From Candidatus Saccharimonadota bacterium (GTDB lineage Archaea; Nanobdellota; Nanobdellia; Pacearchaeales; GW2011-AR1), in contig JBAZYG010000001.1 of the NCBI GenBank assembly GCA_041659445.1, positions 420,001 to 452,000 on the forward strand: 32,000 nucleotides of DNA, in the 5' to 3' direction. Under the pieces are notes generated by a model. It saw only the letters and a program-made list of their open reading frames with translations. It was not told the DNA's origin and ran no database searches. This document shows positions 31,239 to 32,000 of the stretch, one piece after another. Every line of letters begins with the position of its first letter. Position 1 is the stretch's first letter. A program made the position numbers and the translations under genes.

Positions 31239-31718
31239 TTATTTTTTGCCCCCTATCTTTTCAAATTTATCTATACCTTCAGCTGTTTCTTTATTTAATT
31301 GCTCAATTTTTATATGTGATAATTTCTTTGATATCCCGCTAGCAAGGTCATGAATTTTTGAATATTCGTATAATAAATCTGAACTTACATCAATTCCTTT
31401 TTTATTATAATTAGAAGGTAAATATTTTATTTGCTTTTTGTTATTTGAAGTTTCACTGTCTACCCATTTTTCTTCACTTTCTCCAACATCAAGACTATAT
31501 TTTTTTATATATTTTGTCCGTAAATTAAAGAAAAGATTTGTGAAAGCATTAACATATCTAAAACTTCCATAATCTTGAGTTAATATTTTTGCATTTTCTT
31601 CCTCTTTGTAATAAGTCAAAACAGTTTTACATCTAAATAAATCTTCTTCAAATTCGTCATTGAACTTTCTAGATAAAACTTCGATTTCAGATAAAAAATC
31701 TTTTTTTTGTTTTTCCAT
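31239..31718 (-). CDS. Orphan protein (159 aa), first gene of the minus-strand operon
   Basis: The track start at 31784 is a GTG. The ATG at 31718 (MEKQKKDFLSEIE..) lies 22 nt downstream of a TTTATAAA box, matching other first genes. Confidence 0.55.
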   Translation of the reverse strand: MEKQKKDFLSEIEVLSRKFNDEFEEDLFRCKTVLTYYKEEENAKILTQDYGSFRYVNAFTNLFFNLRTKYIKKYSLDVGESEEKWVDSETSNNKKQIKYLPSNYNKKGIDVSSDLLYEYSKIHDLASGISKKLSHIKIEQLNKETAEGIDKFEKIGGKK

Positions 31719-31740
31719 TAATTTACTACGTGTCAGTGAC

Positions 31741-31748
31741 TTTATAAA
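31741..31748 (-). promoter_or_regulatory. TATA box (TTTATAAA) for the nine-gene minus-strand operon
   Basis: Exact octamer 22 nt upstream of the ATG at 31718. Confidence 0.45.
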
Positions 31749-31794
31749 TGTTTCGATTGTGTTGTTTCTTATAAGTGGGTACACTTTAGAAAAG

Positions 31795-31802
31795 TTTATA
31801 AA
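31795..31802 (+). promoter_or_regulatory. TATA box (TTTATAAA) for the divergent right-edge gene
   Basis: Exact octamer 21 nt upstream of the ATG at 31824. Confidence 0.45.
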
Positions 31803-31823
31803 GAACTAGAAATAGAATAAGAT

Positions 31824-32000
31824 ATGAAAAATTTATTTAACACTAAAAAAAACAGAGAACATAAAAAAATACTTTATGCACTAATGAAATCTAACTCAGA
31901 TGTTAGATTTGTAGATAGAGGTAAAACTTATATGGGTAAGATTAAAAAATTAACAGATAATGAAATAATTTTAAAACCTTATTTAACTATGGAACCTTTT
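31824..32000 (+). CDS. 5' part of a CDS running off the right edge (hypothetical, not in the ORF track)
   Basis: ATG at 31824, open to the window end (59 codons): MKNLFNTKKNREHKKILYALMKSNSDVRFVDRGKTYMGKIKKLTDNEIILKPYLTMEPF. Confidence 0.5.
   Translation, partial: MKNLFNTKKNREHKKILYALMKSNSDVRFVDRGKTYMGKIKKLTDNEIILKPYLTMEPF

Noticed and set aside
28471-31823. The small-gene minus-strand operon as an integrated virus or plasmid.
   Set aside because: There is no integrase, capsid or packaging ATPase signature, no flanking direct repeats and no tRNA target. Composition and promoter/junction style are identical to the rest of the window. It is kept as an orphan-operon finding instead, and a degraded element cannot be excluded.
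1-32000. CRISPR arrays, tandem DNA repeats, tRNA/rRNA genes, transposases and integrases.
   Set aside because: I saw no regularly spaced direct repeats. The only GC-rich structured island is the SRP RNA. No DDE, tyrosine or serine recombinase motifs appear in any ORF. Short or degenerate repeats could be missed by eye.

Overview
This is a very AT-rich (by eye about 25-30% GC, not computed) and extremely gene-dense segment. It reads as archaeal, most like a reduced DPANN-type genome. The evidence is: class III (prepilin-like) signal peptides next to an ArlI/PilB-type ATPase, archease plus RtcB, a class I CCA-adding enzyme, a ~260-nt SRP (7S) RNA that is the only GC-rich island, a TrmB-family regulator, palindromic TTTATAAA TATA boxes 21-26 nt upstream of first-gene start codons, and standard stop codons.

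Layout from left to right:
- a partial ORF at the left edge
- a secreted SNase-LTD nuclease
- an LVIVD-propeller surface protein
- a NUMOD3/Vsr-like endonuclease
- a wHTH membrane protein
- the SRP RNA
- three small orphan genes
- a ~7.8-kb type IV pilus-like locus (seven prepilin-like genes, ATPase, split platform protein)
- archease, an orphan membrane protein, then RtcB
- a ~9.3-kb block of three giant secreted proteins (843, 805 and 1372 aa)
- a GTPase / DUF2073-like / Zn-ribbon trio
- the CCA-adding enzyme
- a nine-gene minus-strand operon of orphan small proteins built around a TrmB regulator
- a partial ORF at the right edge

I saw no CRISPR array, tRNA, rRNA, transposase, integrase or reverse transcriptase.

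The candidates most worth follow-up are:
- the pilus-like locus
- the 843-aa protein, which combines dockerin repeats, a possible Cys-His-Asp peptidase core and a Bacteroidota-style T9SS C-terminal domain in an archaeal context
- the novel repeat architectures of the two other giant proteins
- the orphan small-protein operon

All family assignments come from motif recognition by eye. No searches were run.
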